Below, piece after piece: positions 12,952 through 26,699 of a stretch of 64,000 nt of DNA. A model generated the notes under the pieces. The model was not told the DNA's origin. It ran no database searches and saw only the letters and a program-made list of their open reading frames with translations. This DNA comes from Eledone cirrhosa (Eukaryota). The DNA lies in assembly GCA_964016885.1 (NCBI GenBank), contig OZ024745.1, positions 95,108,001 through 95,172,000 on the forward strand, in the 5' to 3' direction. The translations under genes and the position numbers were made by a program. How positions within the stretch are numbered: position 1 is the stretch's first letter; the number at the start of each line of letters is the position of its first letter.

Positions 12952-15900
12952 ATGACCTCACTCAGAATAGGCAGCATAAATGCGCGTGGCTTGGGGTCGT
13001 CATGGAAGCAGCGCCACCTGCTCAACGACCTCGGGTCACTAAACATAGATGTAGTGGCCATCAGCGAGACCAGAATCACCGAAGCACGGGCCTTCGCACC
13101 GATCTTCGGCGGCTACGATGTGTACGCATCTCCCAGCCGTCCGGGATCGGGGGGTGGAGTTGCTGTGCTTTTTCGGAGAGGTTTGGATCTTGCCATACGG
13201 GCCATCTTCCTGGACCCAGAAGGTAAATTGGTGGTGCTGGACGTGACCAGCGGAGACGGGCAAGCTTTCAGGTTAGTGGCCGTCTATGCCCCGACAGGAG
13301 CAGGGCGGCCTGATTTCTTCCGGCGTCTGGAAACCTTTCTTGGAACGTCCCGCTCTTTAGTGTTAGTGGGCGACTGGAAGGGGATCTTAGCTGCACGATG
13401 GGACTTTGTGGGATTAGTGGATAGGGGAGGAGGGTCAAGAGTCTCACCAACCTGCTCAGGCGTTTTGAACTGTCTGACAGGTACCGATTGGATTTCCCGA
13501 ATGTGCCAATGTGGACTTGGACAAATCGCATAAGGTCATCCAGATCATATCTAGATAGAGTATTTTGTAGGGAAATAGATAGGTCTAGCATAGGCTGTCC
13601 ACAATTCAAGATAGTCAGCTACACGGACCACAAATTCGTGATCTGTGTGCTTGACTTAGAAAGGCTTCATAGACGAGGACCCGGCTACTGGAAGCTAAAC
13701 TTGTCCTTACCAGCGCGCATGGCCTACAGAGACCGTATTAGCGAACTAGATAAGCGGGCGTTGACGGGTGCCATCGTCAACAACAAGTGGTGGTTTGCTC
13801 TGAAAAGAGCAATTAAAATAGAGTCCATTAGGTTTACTAAGGCTTTAGCAATAGAGAAAAATAGAGCAGAGGGAGAATTAGTTAGAAAATTAGACGAAGC
13901 GCTTTGCAAAGGCATCGGGACCGACGTACTTGCGGCGAAATTGGCTCTTGACCAATTCTTCAATGCAAAGTACGAAGGCTGCGTTGTCAGAGCTAGGGTG
14001 CGTGCTCTCAGACACGAGAGGACGAAAGCCGTTCAATGGGCCCGAGTTGCGGAGGCGCGTCGTGGCAACAAAGCCACGATCCGGTCTTTGGTGGACCACG
14101 ACGGGCGCATGCTACTCGATCCCGGCCAAATGTGTGAACCTTTTCAGCGACACTTCGCTCAACTGTTCGGGGGCAGCGGCGCGCCGGATCGAGGGATGGA
14201 CTTTAGTGTCTACCTCGACGGGCTGCCGCGGCTCTCGGCCACTGAGGCGGAGTGTTGCGAAAAGCCGATAACAGCCGCTGAAGTACGGGAGGCAATGACT
14301 GGCTTCACAAGGGGTAAATCGCCTGGTTTGGATGGTCTGCCCTATGAACTTTACGTACAAATGCCAGACTTATTCGGAGGCCTCTTGGCGGACGTCTACT
14401 GCAATTGGCAACAGAACGGGAGAATTCCCAGCTCTGTGAGCAGAGGAGCGGTGGCGCTGCTGAGAAAGGATCCGAACAAGGGGGTTAACATAGATAATTT
14501 TAGGCCCATAACTTTGCTAAACACAGAGTTCAAGATTTTGGCCAAGGTGCTAGCAAAGAGGTTGGCACTTGTCGTTGGTGGTCTGGTCTGAGAGGCGCAG
14601 ACATGCGCCATTCCCGACAGATCCATCCACGACAACCTCCACCTCATGCGATACATCGTAGAGAGGGTAGCTAGGGAACCTGGCACGGGTAGGTCTTTGA
14701 TAAATTTAGATCAGTCGAAAGCCTTCGATAGGGTCGACCATCGTTACCTAACGGCAATCCTGAGGGCGGCTGGCTTTGGGCCCGTCTTCAGAGGCTGGAT
14801 CGATGCCATGCACAGCGACATCTGCTCTGTGGTGAGAGTGAACGGTCACCTTTCGGAACCGTTCAACATCATGCGCTCGGTCCGCCAAGGATGTCCCCTC
14901 TCGTTCCTCTTGTACGTATTGACTCTCGAGCCATTACTGCGCAACCTGGAGACGTTGAGGCGGGTCCCGCGCGAACTAGGATGCGGAAGATCCATGCCGT
15001 CCAACAGCGTCGTCGGGTGCTGGACGGACGGACCGGTTAAATTGCTAGGGGTCTGATTCGGTCCGGACCTCCAGACGGACAAAAACTGGGACGAGGTGAC
15101 GAGCAGGGTGGCTTCTCTCATCCAGAAATGGGCCGAGAGGAAGCTATCCCTGAAAGGTCGAGCGGAGGTGGCTAACGCGTACATCGCGTCCATCATCTAC
15201 TACCGCCTAACCGTCGTACCTTGTCCTAAGCCCCTCCTGACTGTGCTGGAGCATTTGCTCTTTCGCTTTTTGCGGTCCATCTGCTGTCAACACCCGCTGC
15301 GTGGAGGGCTGGGCATGCCGTGGCTGATGATGCGCAGACACGCGTTCAGGCTACGACATCTCCACCTCTTCCTCGACGGTGATCAGGTGTGGTCGCCGTT
15401 TGCTAGACACGTCTTTCCCCAGCTCGTCTCCTTGACGGAGCTGCAGTCCTGGGTCAAGCGAAGACCGAGAGGGAGCGCTTGGAGACTGGAATGTTTTCAG
15501 GCGATCACAGCCCTCGACCAATCGGGCAATGTGATCGGTGGAAACTCCACCTTTGCGTTCTATAGAGGATTAGTGGAGGGGAAGAGCGACGACGTACTTG
15601 GAGAAACTCTAGGCGTCGACGAAAATCAACTAGCCAATCTCTTCGGAAGGACTTTCGAGCCGGGGCCTATGGACAACTTCCAGAAATCCCTGGCCTGGCA
15701 GTGCTACCGGCGAGCTTTGCCAGTTCGGGATAAACTCTACAGGCATGGAGGTGCCGTTAGCTGGGCATGTCCGAGATGCGCGCAGGGCGACGAAACCGTC
15801 CTGCACGCACTCGTCCAGTGTCCGAGCATTGCTGACTTGTGGGTTTATGTCGAACACCTGCTGTCACGTGTAGGACCGATCCAGCTATCAGCTGAGTCCA

Positions 15901-16184
15901 TCGTGAGGATTGCCCCGCCCTCTTCCTTTAGCCGGGAAGGGCAGGCAGTTTTTATCTGTCTGGTGGCCATGGCGAAAGAGATAGTATGGTGGACACGTTT
16001 GAAAGGGCTGAAGACGAGCACTTACCTCTTCGGTGATGCCCTGATTAACTTTTTCAAATTTCATTTGAAAAGGAAAATCAGGGTAGAGAGGTATGTGCTC
16101 TCTTCTCAGCATTTTGTTGAAAGATGGGTGAGAGAAGCAAGTATGGCCCGAGTGAATGGGCCTACTCTGAGTATGTGTCTGTAA
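12952..16184 (+). pseudogene. LINE ORF2: APE endonuclease, RT, C-terminal Zn finger; disrupted
   Basis: SINARGL, SETR, VYAP, GDW, LDRV, TDH; KSPGLDG, FRPITLLN, DQSKAFDRVDH, QGCPLS; CPRC..ETVLHALVQC. The YADD segment is missing near 14990 (internal deletion); stops and frameshifts present. Confidence 0.93.
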
Positions 16185-16428
16185 ATTAAAGGCGGAAAAC
16201 TGGGAGAGGGCACTTGCCCTGGTGGTCAGGGTCACTGTGGTCTTTTAATGGGCTTTCTCCACAAATGTCCCTCGGAAGTCTCCCCCCTATTGGGGAATTT
16301 TTCTTTGTTATTTTATTACATCCTCTGTTTTTTTTTTACACGCAGAAATGCCCATTTGTACCGTACTGTATTGTCCTGTACTGTCCTTAATGTCTACTTT
16401 ATGTAAACCCTTGTGGTTAATAAACAAA

Positions 16429-16430
<2 letters not shown>

Positions 16431-16480
<50 letters not shown>
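16431..16480. repeat. (ATT)n tract shared by the tails of two convergent LINEs
   Basis: Direct reading. Confidence 0.95.
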
Positions 16481-16481
<1 letters not shown>

Positions 16482-19400
16482 GTTGCATTTATCTTGCTTT
16501 ATGTTCATACGAGTTATCACCAAGTCACAACCAGTGACCTTAAGAGACAACAAGGTCCGCTATGTTCAAGAAAGAACATACATACACACACATGCATCTT
16601 TAGGTGTTTAGGCTTGTGATGTACTTATATTGACAGAATCTTCCTTAGTATATGGGCAGTTCCCATTAGTACTATCTTTTGTATTTCTCCTATACGCGGG
16701 TTTCCTGGGATTTGCGATAAGTAATCATTAGACCCCTTAGGTATCATTCCCAGAGCGCCTACAACCACTGGTATTGTTTTAGTTCTCAATTTCCACATTT
16801 TTCCAATTTCTATCTCCAGGTCCTTATACTTGCTCAATTTTTCAAATGGTTTTATAGATACATTCTTGTCTATTGGAACGGACATATCAATTATCAGGCA
16901 TACCCTCTTTTTAAAGTCCTTCAGTATTATATCAGGTCTATTTGAATCTATTTTTCGGTCTGTTTGGATGCTAAAGTTCCACAAGATTGAGATGTGATCT
17001 TTTTCAAGTATGGGAGGTGGTTGATGCTCCCACTAATTCTTTTGATGGGGCAGGTCAAAATGCTTACACATTATCCAATGTATGTATTGTGCAGCTCTAT
17101 CATGTCTGTTTAGGTATTCGGTTGGAGCTATAGGACTGCACATTGAAATTATATGGTCAATGGTCTCTGGTTGTTTTTTGCATACACGGCATAATGGGCT
17201 GCATCCATTTTTTATTATGTTGGCTTGGTAATTTTTTGTTGGCAGACAATGATCTTGTGCCGATATAATCAGTCCTTTAGTCTCCGATTTCAGTCCAGAG
17301 GATGCCAACCCCTGATGGGTTAAAGTTTTGTCAACATCAGGATTGTTAGCTCGCTCCGGGTATTTTCCATACAGAGGCTTTTCTTGCCATTTCTTAGCCA
17401 GTTTCTGTAGCAGTTCTTTCTTTGCAGTTACTTTTACCTGCTTTGCTTTTTCTGTGTTTTCCATTTCAGCAGTAAATGGGACTTCTGTAATTTGTAGTCC
17501 ATTACTGTATCTTTGTGCATCTTTTGTAATGGAGTATGATCTTTTGATGCTTTCGTGTTTCAAAACGAGTTTGATCATCTAATCATGTGATTCCCTTAGA
17601 TATGTAGATAATCCAATCGTTGCAGTTTTCAACGCAATATCTAACTGGATTAACCCACGTCCTCCTCCTATCCTAGGGAGATATATTCTATCTGTATCTG
17701 CCTTAGGGTGATGCATTCTGTGCATGCTTGACCAGTTGATGACATAGTAACTGTAGGTTACTACTCGTATGGCAAGCGTGTTTATGGCATCGATCCTATT
17801 CCTTGCATTCAATTCCGTTCTTAAGATTGCTCTGACTCTGCGGTAACATTCCTTCCTTATCCTTTCCCTCATTGTTGAGTGCTTGATTCCGTCTCCTTCA
17901 CAAACACCTAGATATTTGTAAGTTTCCTCTTGATCAAGTTCTCTTATCACATTCCCCCGATCAAGATTAATGTCTGAAATTTTCAGCAGCTTACCTCTGG
18001 TGAACGTTGCTTTGGCGCATTTATCTAGTCCAAACTCCATTTTAATGTCATCACTGAACTGCTCCACAGTGGATAATAGCCCTTGCAATTGTTCATCATT
18101 TTTTGCAAATAGTTTCAGGTCATCCATGTAGAACAAGTGATTAATGGTTTTGTCATAGACTTTATATTCATGTTTTGTTTCATTGAGCATTTTACTTAAT
18201 GGTATAAGTACGATGCAGAATAAAAGCGGTGATAAAGAGTCACCCTGAAAAATTCCACAATTAATATTAATTCTCCCGCTCCCAGTGATTTTTTTCACTA
18301 TTCAAAAGGAGTGTCGTTTTCCATGTCTTCATACTGAATGACAGGAACCTCCTGACAAAGGGAGATATTTTGAAAATCTCTAAACATTTTTCAATCCAAC
18401 TGTGTGGCAAACTATCGAATGCTTTTTTATAATATATCCAAGCAATTGATAGATTTTTGTGTCTATTATGACAATCTTCCAGTATCATTTTGTTAACCAA
18501 AAGCTGATCCTTACAGCCATATGAGCCTCGTTTACACCTTTTCTGCTCATTGGGAAATAGATCCTTTGTTATCAGGTGGTCATATGTGTATTCAGTTAGG
18601 ACTGATGTTAAAACTTTATACATTGTGGTCAAGCAAGTTATCGATCTGTAATTTTTGGGATTGTTTGTCTCATCATTCTTCGGAAGCAGGAATGTAATGC
18701 CGTTAACTAGCCATGGTGGTATCTTTTCTGGCTCCTTAACTATTTCATTGTAAAGTTGGGCTAACAGCTCATGAGACTCTGTGAAGGCATTTATCCAAAA
18801 ATTTGGTTAGTTGTCTTTTCCTGGGGATTTCCATTTGTTGGTTTTTCTAGGAGCCAAACGCAACTGTTCAACTGTTATATTTTCCCATATTTGTTCCTCA
18901 AGGTGAGCTGTATCTTTTATTTGTCTGTCTATCCATGGGGCATGTATATTATGAACTTTTTCTTCGGCCCAGATCTTTTCCCAGAATTCTTGCACTTCCT
19001 CCTTGAGTGGTATTGATTTAGCAGTTATTGTTGACATGCCATATTTTCTGTAGAAGTTTCTTTGGTTGTTTTTGAACATATTATTGTCCTTATAGAATCT
19101 AGATCGTTTTTCAAAGCGCCTTATACGAGCAGCTTTGGCCGACACTTTTTGCTTGATTATTTCTATCAGCATGTCTATGTCACATGTTGATTTTATACTG
19201 TATTTCCTTTTCAATTTCCTAAGTTTAGTTTGTTCACCTACTTTGTAGTTTGTTAAAATTTCTATGTCAGATCGAAGAAGGTTTATTTAGCGATTGATGT
19301 TCTCTTGCCAAGTAGATTTCTTGTGGGAATTCCTTTGTTTTGTCATTTTCACTCCACATAAGTGAGTGGTGACTTTAGCCGATGCATAATAGAGATGATT

Positions 19401-20390
19401 TAAATCAGTAATGTTTAGTTTGTTTGTGATGATAATGTTTTTGAGAATTATGTTCTTGTGTATTATCTTTTGGTTCTGTTTGGAGTTTTGGGTCTTAGGG
19501 AGAGTGTCTCGTTCCCCCATGTCAGATTCTTTCATTTTCATCCATTCGATCATAATTTCATCCTTCAAGTTGGCAAACTCATTCTCATTCATTTCTCTAT
19601 CATTTACGATCTCATTGTTTTCATTTTGAGTTTCATCATGAGCATGCACTCCCTCCACTTTTTCGATCCTTTCTTTAATTTGTTCTGTTGTCAGTGATTC
19701 CGCCCCAACCCTGGGATTCGAAGTGTTACAGTTTACCTCGTTTTCACTGACACATGTTTCATTTTCCCTTCGCTGACTTTGTGCTAATAGCTTGATCTGA
19801 TCAATTTCTATATTAGTTAGTAACTTTTTTTTAACAATATTTCTTCGTATATTGGCTAGTTTGTTACTGTCAATATAGCCTCTATTTTCGGGATGGTTCT
19901 TTTTGATGGGTAGTACATGGCAGTGTAGAAAGCCTCAAGACCTTCTTTATTGTCTTTCCTTGACCATTTTTCTCTCTTTTTCTTTGGATTTCTTGGTGGT
20001 GAGCATCGAGGGCCAAGAGTAGGAGTATTCCGGTTGTGGGAGGTCTCCAGCTCCGAAGTGATGGGAAGGTTTGAACCATTAGCTGATTTTTCGACCCCAG
20101 TCTGGTTCCTCTCTGAGGGACGCGGCCCTTTTTGACCCGGGTGACGGCCGATCCGGTATGAGATTTTATCATTTGACATTTACTTTATTTTGTCGCGTTT
20201 TATCCTTAACCGCCAAGGGGTAATCATTTCGTGTTACCACTTCTAGGACGAGTGTCAACCAAGACTAGAGGGGTCGTCCTCCCCTAGAGACACGGCTATT
20301 CCCCGCCGGCCGCCATCCCGGTATTTCTTGGTCACGGGGTTTTCTTTTTTGTTGTTTTTTTAAATTGTTATTATCATGCGTGGTTCCTTA
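16481..20390 (-). mobile_element. R4/Dong-type LINE (RT, CCHC, restriction-like endonuclease), near full length, disrupted
   Basis: WKSPG, KKAFDSLPH, GIFQGDSLSPLLF, FYMDDLK, YKYLG, CRVC..ETIDHIISMC, RHD, NRPDII..IDMSVP..K..KY; ends in (AAT)n; 5' end approximate. Confidence 0.9.
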
Positions 20391-20631
20391 ATGTGAGCAT
20401 TGCGTGGCTTAAGAATGAAATTATTATTAATAATATATTATACTTTTTGTTGAAGTTGCCTGTTATTGGTGTTGGCTAGGTCGGAGGTAGTGCTGTGGCT
20501 TTTTATATTGTTGGTGGGGAAGGGGAGAGCCAGCAGTGCCATAGTCGTTGACGTTTGACCGGGTCACTAAGTCAGTCTATTTATATCTTTTACTAGCCTC
20601 TCCCTTGTCTAGTGATACCGCCACCTTCCCC

Positions 20632-20763
20632 TTTATTAATATAAATAAGAAGTGACTTTTGGCCCACCCTGTATATGACCCTTATTTGTCAAAAACGGAT
20701 ATATCGTTTTGCATCACGACTCTATCATTCCCTGTTGTCCAACCAGTGTTATTTATGTTATTC
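20632..20763. repeat. Inverted near-identical copy of 48822-48953 (half MITE plus flank)
   Basis: About 130 bp match with 2 mismatches seen. Confidence 0.9.
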
Positions 20764-20764
20764 A

Positions 20765-20940
20765 AGTGGTTTGACAGTAACGGTAGAGCGTCAGACACCA
20801 TGTTTTGCAGCATAAAGTTATGGCCCTTTACGTTCAAATCTCGCTGAGTTTAACTTTGCCTTTAATCCTTACGGGGTCGATAAAATAAAGCACCAGTAAT
20901 GCACTGGGGTAATTTTGTGCCAAAAGTAGAAACAATTATT
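20765..20940 (+). mobile_element. tRNA-derived SINE
   Basis: B-box gttcaaatc and core ggggtcgataaaataaag. Confidence 0.85.
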
Positions 20941-21499
20941 TTACTTGATAAAAGGATGAAAGGATGTTCAATTTTCATCTAATACCCATTATTTTTACAA
21001 ACCCTGCCCCCGAATCTCCTGTAACTTATATGTGTAGAGTTGATTGATGCAACGAAGAGAATCGAATCTAAATACTAAAATCTGTTTATGTCATCCCTTT
21101 TCCCATTAAAATCAGTGTTCTCTTAATACTTACAGCTTTTTCCCAAGCAATTAATATATTGTTGACATTGTGTTCTGTTTACAAGGTTGGTCTCCATCGA
21201 CATTTACTTGAAGGTACTTATGTCAGCATAGACGTTCTGAATATAATTGTATAACCTGAAGTGCATTGTATATAAGTCACGGATATTTGCTTACGTAATA
21301 GAGAAACTTGTCATATCCTCTCAGTAAGACGGAAGTAATCGTGTGTTTGACATTTTCAACTTTTATAAGAGACCTGCATACCTCAATATGTTAAGTACAT
21401 CATTTTAACAAAAGAGTTAGGTCCTTGAATTACATAGAAAAATGAGGAGGAAAATCGGGTTGTCTTCATGAGTTGTCGTTTAGGGAGAATGATTTATTT

Positions 21500-21585
21500 A
21501 CGATAAAATAAAGTACCAGGCGTCGATTTAATCGACTTTCCCCTCCCCCCAAATTATTGGCCTTGTGCCTATACTAGAAATCATT
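21500..21585 (+). mobile_element. SINE 3' fragment
   Basis: cgataaaataaagtaccag..ggccttgtgcct..agaaatcatta. Confidence 0.75.
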
Positions 21586-21600
21586 AATGTATACACTTGA

Positions 21601-21822
21601 GGGTGGTGGATTGGCAGTATCAGTAGAGGGTCGGACGCCATGCTTTGCAGCATAGAGTTACGGCTCTTTATGGTCTGAGTTCAAATCCCGCCGAGGTTAA
21701 CTTTGTCTTTCATCCTACGGGGTCGATAAAATAAAGTACCAGTCACGCACTGGTGTCGATTTAATCGACTTTCTCCTTTCCCAAAATTGCTGGCCTTGTG
21801 CATATATAAGAAACCATTATTA
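21601..21822 (+). mobile_element. Full-length tRNA-derived SINE
   Basis: A-box tggcagtatcag, B-box gagttcaaatcc, core ctttcatcctacggggtcgataaaataaagtaccag. Confidence 0.9.
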
Positions 21823-22345
21823 CTAGCTGGGCCCGTACCGTCAAAAATGACGGCTAATTGTAATATCTATACATAATATAAAAGAGAGATGTTTGTTTGT
21901 TGGTTGGTTCCTTCGCGCTCACTCACACAAGTGATACAAACCATTAATGTATACACTTGAATGCCTGCTTGAACGTTTGGTTAAAAAAATTAGTTCGCCC
22001 CTATATGATTTCAGGTTTCATCCAACTACGTGGTGCTTTGTGCATGAGTGTTCTACCATCACCTCGTCGACCGTGTGAGGGATATTTGTTTGACTGAAAC
22101 TCTTTAGAATCCAGTTCAGGTGGAATGACCCTGATATTTTGTTGTGTGCCCCTGGCTTTTATTTAATCAATCTTTCAGTTTAACACCACCCTCTGACACT
22201 TAAATGCTTTTGCTGATGTCCAGTATGTTGTAAACAATTGCATCTGGTTACCATTTTATGGACTTTGTCCTCCGACCAGTATCGGATTTTTTAAAAGAAT
22301 ATTAGAGGCGCCCCCTTCCCATCTCACTAAGCCATTAAAGAGAGA

Positions 22346-22459
<114 letters not shown>

Positions 22460-23719
22460 TAATTATTATTAATCCTTTTATGTCTGTTCACAACTTATAT
22501 CAACACCACTGATATTCTAGACCAATGAATATTAATCCCAAAATGAAAATTATCAATTAAAAATTCATAGCCGAAACCATCGTATGATTCGCATACTCGA
22601 TTTAATTCAGTGACAATAAGAGTTTGATTTTACCAATTAATTATATTCAATTAATTATTCTTCATTAAATTATATATCAATTGTAAGGAGATTGATTAAT
22701 GGCAGGAGTAATTTCCGCACATGTAATTAGTTTTACATGAAATTATACTCTAATGCTTATTTTTTTTAGCGTGAGAGTATTTGATTTATAATTTATCTTT
22801 TTGGTGCAAAAAGAAAGGCAGTGTATAATGGTAGTGTTTTTGTTTAATAGTTTGATTTTATTTTAGCAATTTACATTATAAACTTCTCGAATTTCGTTAT
22901 AAATACGGCTAAATTGTTGCTTGCATAACAGAAAAATTGGTTTCCTCTATCCCAGCTGTTATTACTCGCTTAATTTACACCAAGAAAATATAACTACTAT
23001 TTAAATTTATTTCAAAGTTTCAGCTATCAATTTTCGAGCATGAAATTATAAAAGGGATGCGTAAACAGTGATGTGATAGGTGATGTCTATAATTATTCTT
23101 TGGCTTTTGTCCAAAAAACATTGGAAGATGAACTAAAATCCATTGAAATATTTGCCTTTTACAAAACAAATCACCGTTCTCTATAATTGAACACCACATA
23201 TCATAAATCTCGAATCTAAAACAAAAACATTCTAAATATACTGTACTTTGTGGTAATAACCTGTTCATTAGTTATATCGAATAAGGTGGTATCTCTTATA
23301 CTTCTGTAACAAAATTTAAACTCGACACTGACTATGCGTATATAATAACCAAAATTGAAATTTAAAAGTCAAAGAGAAAATTAGTAGTTTGCATTAGCTC
23401 GGGAAAATACAGCTCAATAAAGTTTAAAAGAATGTCTGTGAGGTTAAGAAGTTCGCTTCATCTTATGTGTGCTTGAAATTTGGTAAACGGAAATTCTGTG
23501 GAAACTCATCAGAGAAACCGTTCCTCTTCTTAATTGGTAGATTTTATCCGTTGTCCGATTTGACACTAATTCATGACACTTGGGTACATATTTCAGAGTC
23601 CATTCTCTTGCCTGCATTCCGATCTACGAATAACTCCCTCTTATTACTTGGGGGCACCTGGGACCTGTAAAAGTCATTAGTGCTGGTCTTCCTCCACTGA
23701 CAAAGTCATAACAAATAAT

Positions 23720-23934
23720 GCTTTCTTATATAGGCACAAGGCCATCAATTTTGGGGATGGGAAATTCGATTAAATCGACCCCAGTGCGTGACTGGTACTT
23801 TATTTTATCGACTCCGTAAGGGTGAAAGGCAAAGTTAACCTCGGCGGGATTTGAACTCAGATCATAAAGGGATGAAACTCTATGCTGCAAAGCATGGCGT
23901 CCGACCCTCTACCGATACTGCCAATCCACCGCCC
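23720..23934 (-). mobile_element. Full-length tRNA-derived SINE
   Basis: Reverse complement of the consensus; 16-bp TSD agtcataacaaataat at 23704-23719 and 23936-23951. Confidence 0.92.
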
Positions 23935-24180
23935 TAGTCATAACAAATAATAATATATAAATAAAATATTTAGTAAAACTGAATTATTCACAGAAAACTA
24001 ATATCAACGAAGTTTTTATTGTACACTTCAAACGCTATTAAAATGTAATGAACTGTATAGACCCCGAGCAAGGTGTTTGGATAACATCCGTGTGTTTGGT
24101 CGGTCATGCTGGATCAATTGGAGACAGTTGTTTTTGATATGAGCCACTGGAAGGAGCACTTAAGGACTCTGCCTGTACGA

Positions 24181-24199
24181 GAAGAAGAAGAAGAAGAAG

Positions 24200-24229
<30 letters not shown>
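24181..24229. repeat. (GAA)n microsatellite
   Basis: Direct reading. Confidence 0.95.
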
Positions 24230-24230
<1 letters not shown>

Positions 24231-24329
24231 TTAAAGTATTATGTACAATATGGAATACAATGTGTCATTGATATATACATATATGTAGTTAGACATATAA
24301 CAGAGTTGTCTGTCATTCCTAATCAAGCC

Positions 24330-24406
24330 ATACGGGGTCGATAAAATAAAGTACCAGTAATGCACTGGGTATTTGCTGGCCTTGTGCCCAAAGTAGAAAC
24401 AATTAT
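24330..24406 (+). mobile_element. SINE 3' half
   Basis: tacggggtcgataaaataaagtaccag..agtagaaacaatta. Confidence 0.85.
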
Positions 24407-25361
24407 CATATGGCAAATATTTTCTTTAATCATTAATATTCTTCAATTTTACTAATTGCCTTACGCAACTAATAGTTATACTGTAAACATTTATTATGTG
24501 GAAGGAGACGTAAAATAAATATTAGTGATGTTACGTAATATGTTAAATATGGAGTCATTCTTTGGAATTGGTGTGTATTGTTGAAGTAATTGGAACATTT
24601 TATCACATTTCTTTTAATAAGAATTTTTTTCTGCTAATCAGTTAAAATAAATGTATTTGATCTCTTCTCGTCTGGCTCGAAATATGACAATATGAGACAT
24701 TATTAGCAATATGACACAAAGGGAGCTTTCAATAGTTAATTGACTCTTGTTACGCCTCTACTTGGCGGAGGTTACGCCTATACCGCTGGTGGAGATGCTG
24801 GGACAATAACGTAGGGCATTCCAATTTTTATAATATTTACAGTTCCTCTCGTGAGTCTGATTTCAACTCATATCAGGATTAACTTTCCCTTTTTGTCCTC
24901 CAGGGGATTGATTTTGGAAACAGTTCTTGAAAAAGAAAATGTACTTTAGTGCGAGCAATAAATTATAAAAAGATACCTCCAAGGAAAAGGGTTATTTAAA
25001 ACATTTATAAATGTTTTATAGAAATACCTCCTTTATACTGCTAATATACTCGGTGACTGGTTAGATAATGCTGCCTATATAATAAAGAACCGCTTTTGTT
25101 GGTATACGATTTTTCTGCGTTCAAAATACTTACGGAAGCAGTGCTAAGATTCCTCCATGATTCATTACAAAGACAAAACGATTTTTAAGATGAAATACAT
25201 AACTCGTATGTTTAAAGAAGTGCGTTTTAGATGAGATTGAAATAATTATTTTGAGCATCTAACAAAAGAATAGTTGAGGTGAACAGGGATGGGGTGTATA
25301 TTTCAGGTAAGGTAAGGGCTCTGTGTGTAACGTTTAGTGTAAGGAGCAGCGTGAAGAGAAC

Positions 25362-25434
25362 AGGAATTCAATTGTATTGTAAAGGGAATTCAATTGTATT
25401 GTAAAGGGGAATTCAATTGTATTGTAAAGGGGAA
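25362..25434. repeat. About 22-bp tandem repeat, 3 copies
   Basis: ggaattcaattgtattgtaaag repeated. Confidence 0.85.
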
Positions 25435-26540
25435 TGAATGAAATAATGAGAATAAGTGAACGGAAGAGAAAGATGGTTGGTCGGTCGGGGTATTTATAAA
25501 CAATGTATATGATATTCCAAAACAAATTTGCAAATTAATTAAATTATCTAAATCGAAAAAGAAAGATATATTGATATTTCATAGTTGAATTGGGGTAGGG
25601 CATAAAAGGCGACAATATACATGAGAGTTCAAATTTAAAATGATGCTTCATATAGGCTTGATTGTTGATATATTTTAATTAGTTAAATTTCTTTCTTCAA
25701 GTTGTCTTGGTATACTTTAGCCACAAATAGTGTTAAATGAAACAAAAATGTTATCTTTGATCAAGACGAAGCGGGGGGTATATTTTAAATATACATAAAA
25801 ATAAGAAACATCATTGGTAGAACAGCCGTTAAAACAGCTAAATGCTGTCAAAGAGAGCGATGGGAAAAATGCCTCAGAAGAAAGAGACCAATCAACTGAG
25901 AGACAATCCACAAAGTGGGTGACACGTAGATGAAATATAGAAAAGATTGAAAGAGGAAGATGACAAGGTGAAGTGTGTTGGTTCATCGATGTGACTGGAA
26001 GAAGCAAATAAAGAAAGGCAGTGTACAAGAGAAATCTACATACACACATCTTCAGAATCATCAGTTCTCAAACCAGAAAAATGGCTTCGCACGATTTAAT
26101 TGAGACTACCATTTTAAAACGCTGGATCGTTCAACAGAAAAAGACGACTAGGTCTCGATGGTGACAAAAACATTCTAAATATATCTAAATCAGCTTTCAT
26201 TTTTGCATTGCCGCTGTGATAGTGTACTAAATGCCTTTTAGTAAATTTTATTGTGTTTTATTGTGTTTTATTTTAAATATAAGCATAGAACAAAAGACGT
26301 TTACGGAATGAATATGGTCGTTTATATCGATCGCAGTATATTTGTGCTATTTATTGTATCACATCATTAACCCTGAAGTAGGCATTTGACAATATAAAAA
26401 CACAAAGGAATAAAACCATAGAACCGAACGTTGTAACCTGTTCAACTTTTTACTTTTCCATTTCGCAACATTCATACTTTCGCCATTAATATCATTCAAA
26501 TTCACGTTAGGTGCCTTTTAAAACGAATATATTGTGATTG

Positions 26541-26611
<71 letters not shown>

Positions 26612-26628
26612 TATATAAATAAACACAC

Positions 26629-26660
<32 letters not shown>

Positions 26661-26699
26661 TACATATATATATATATATATACATACACTCATACATTC

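Larger units (their letters stand above)
10827..16430 (+). mobile_element. Near full-length L1/Tx1-type LINE, inactivated
   Basis: ORF1 plus ORF2 layout, AATAAA at 16419-16424, (ATT)n tracts at both ends; 5' boundary approximate. Confidence 0.85.

Noticed and set aside
20200-20340. Possible HDV-like ribozyme at the 5' end of the R4/Dong element
   Set aside because: GC-rich with hairpins, but I could not assign P1-P4; needs a covariance-model search
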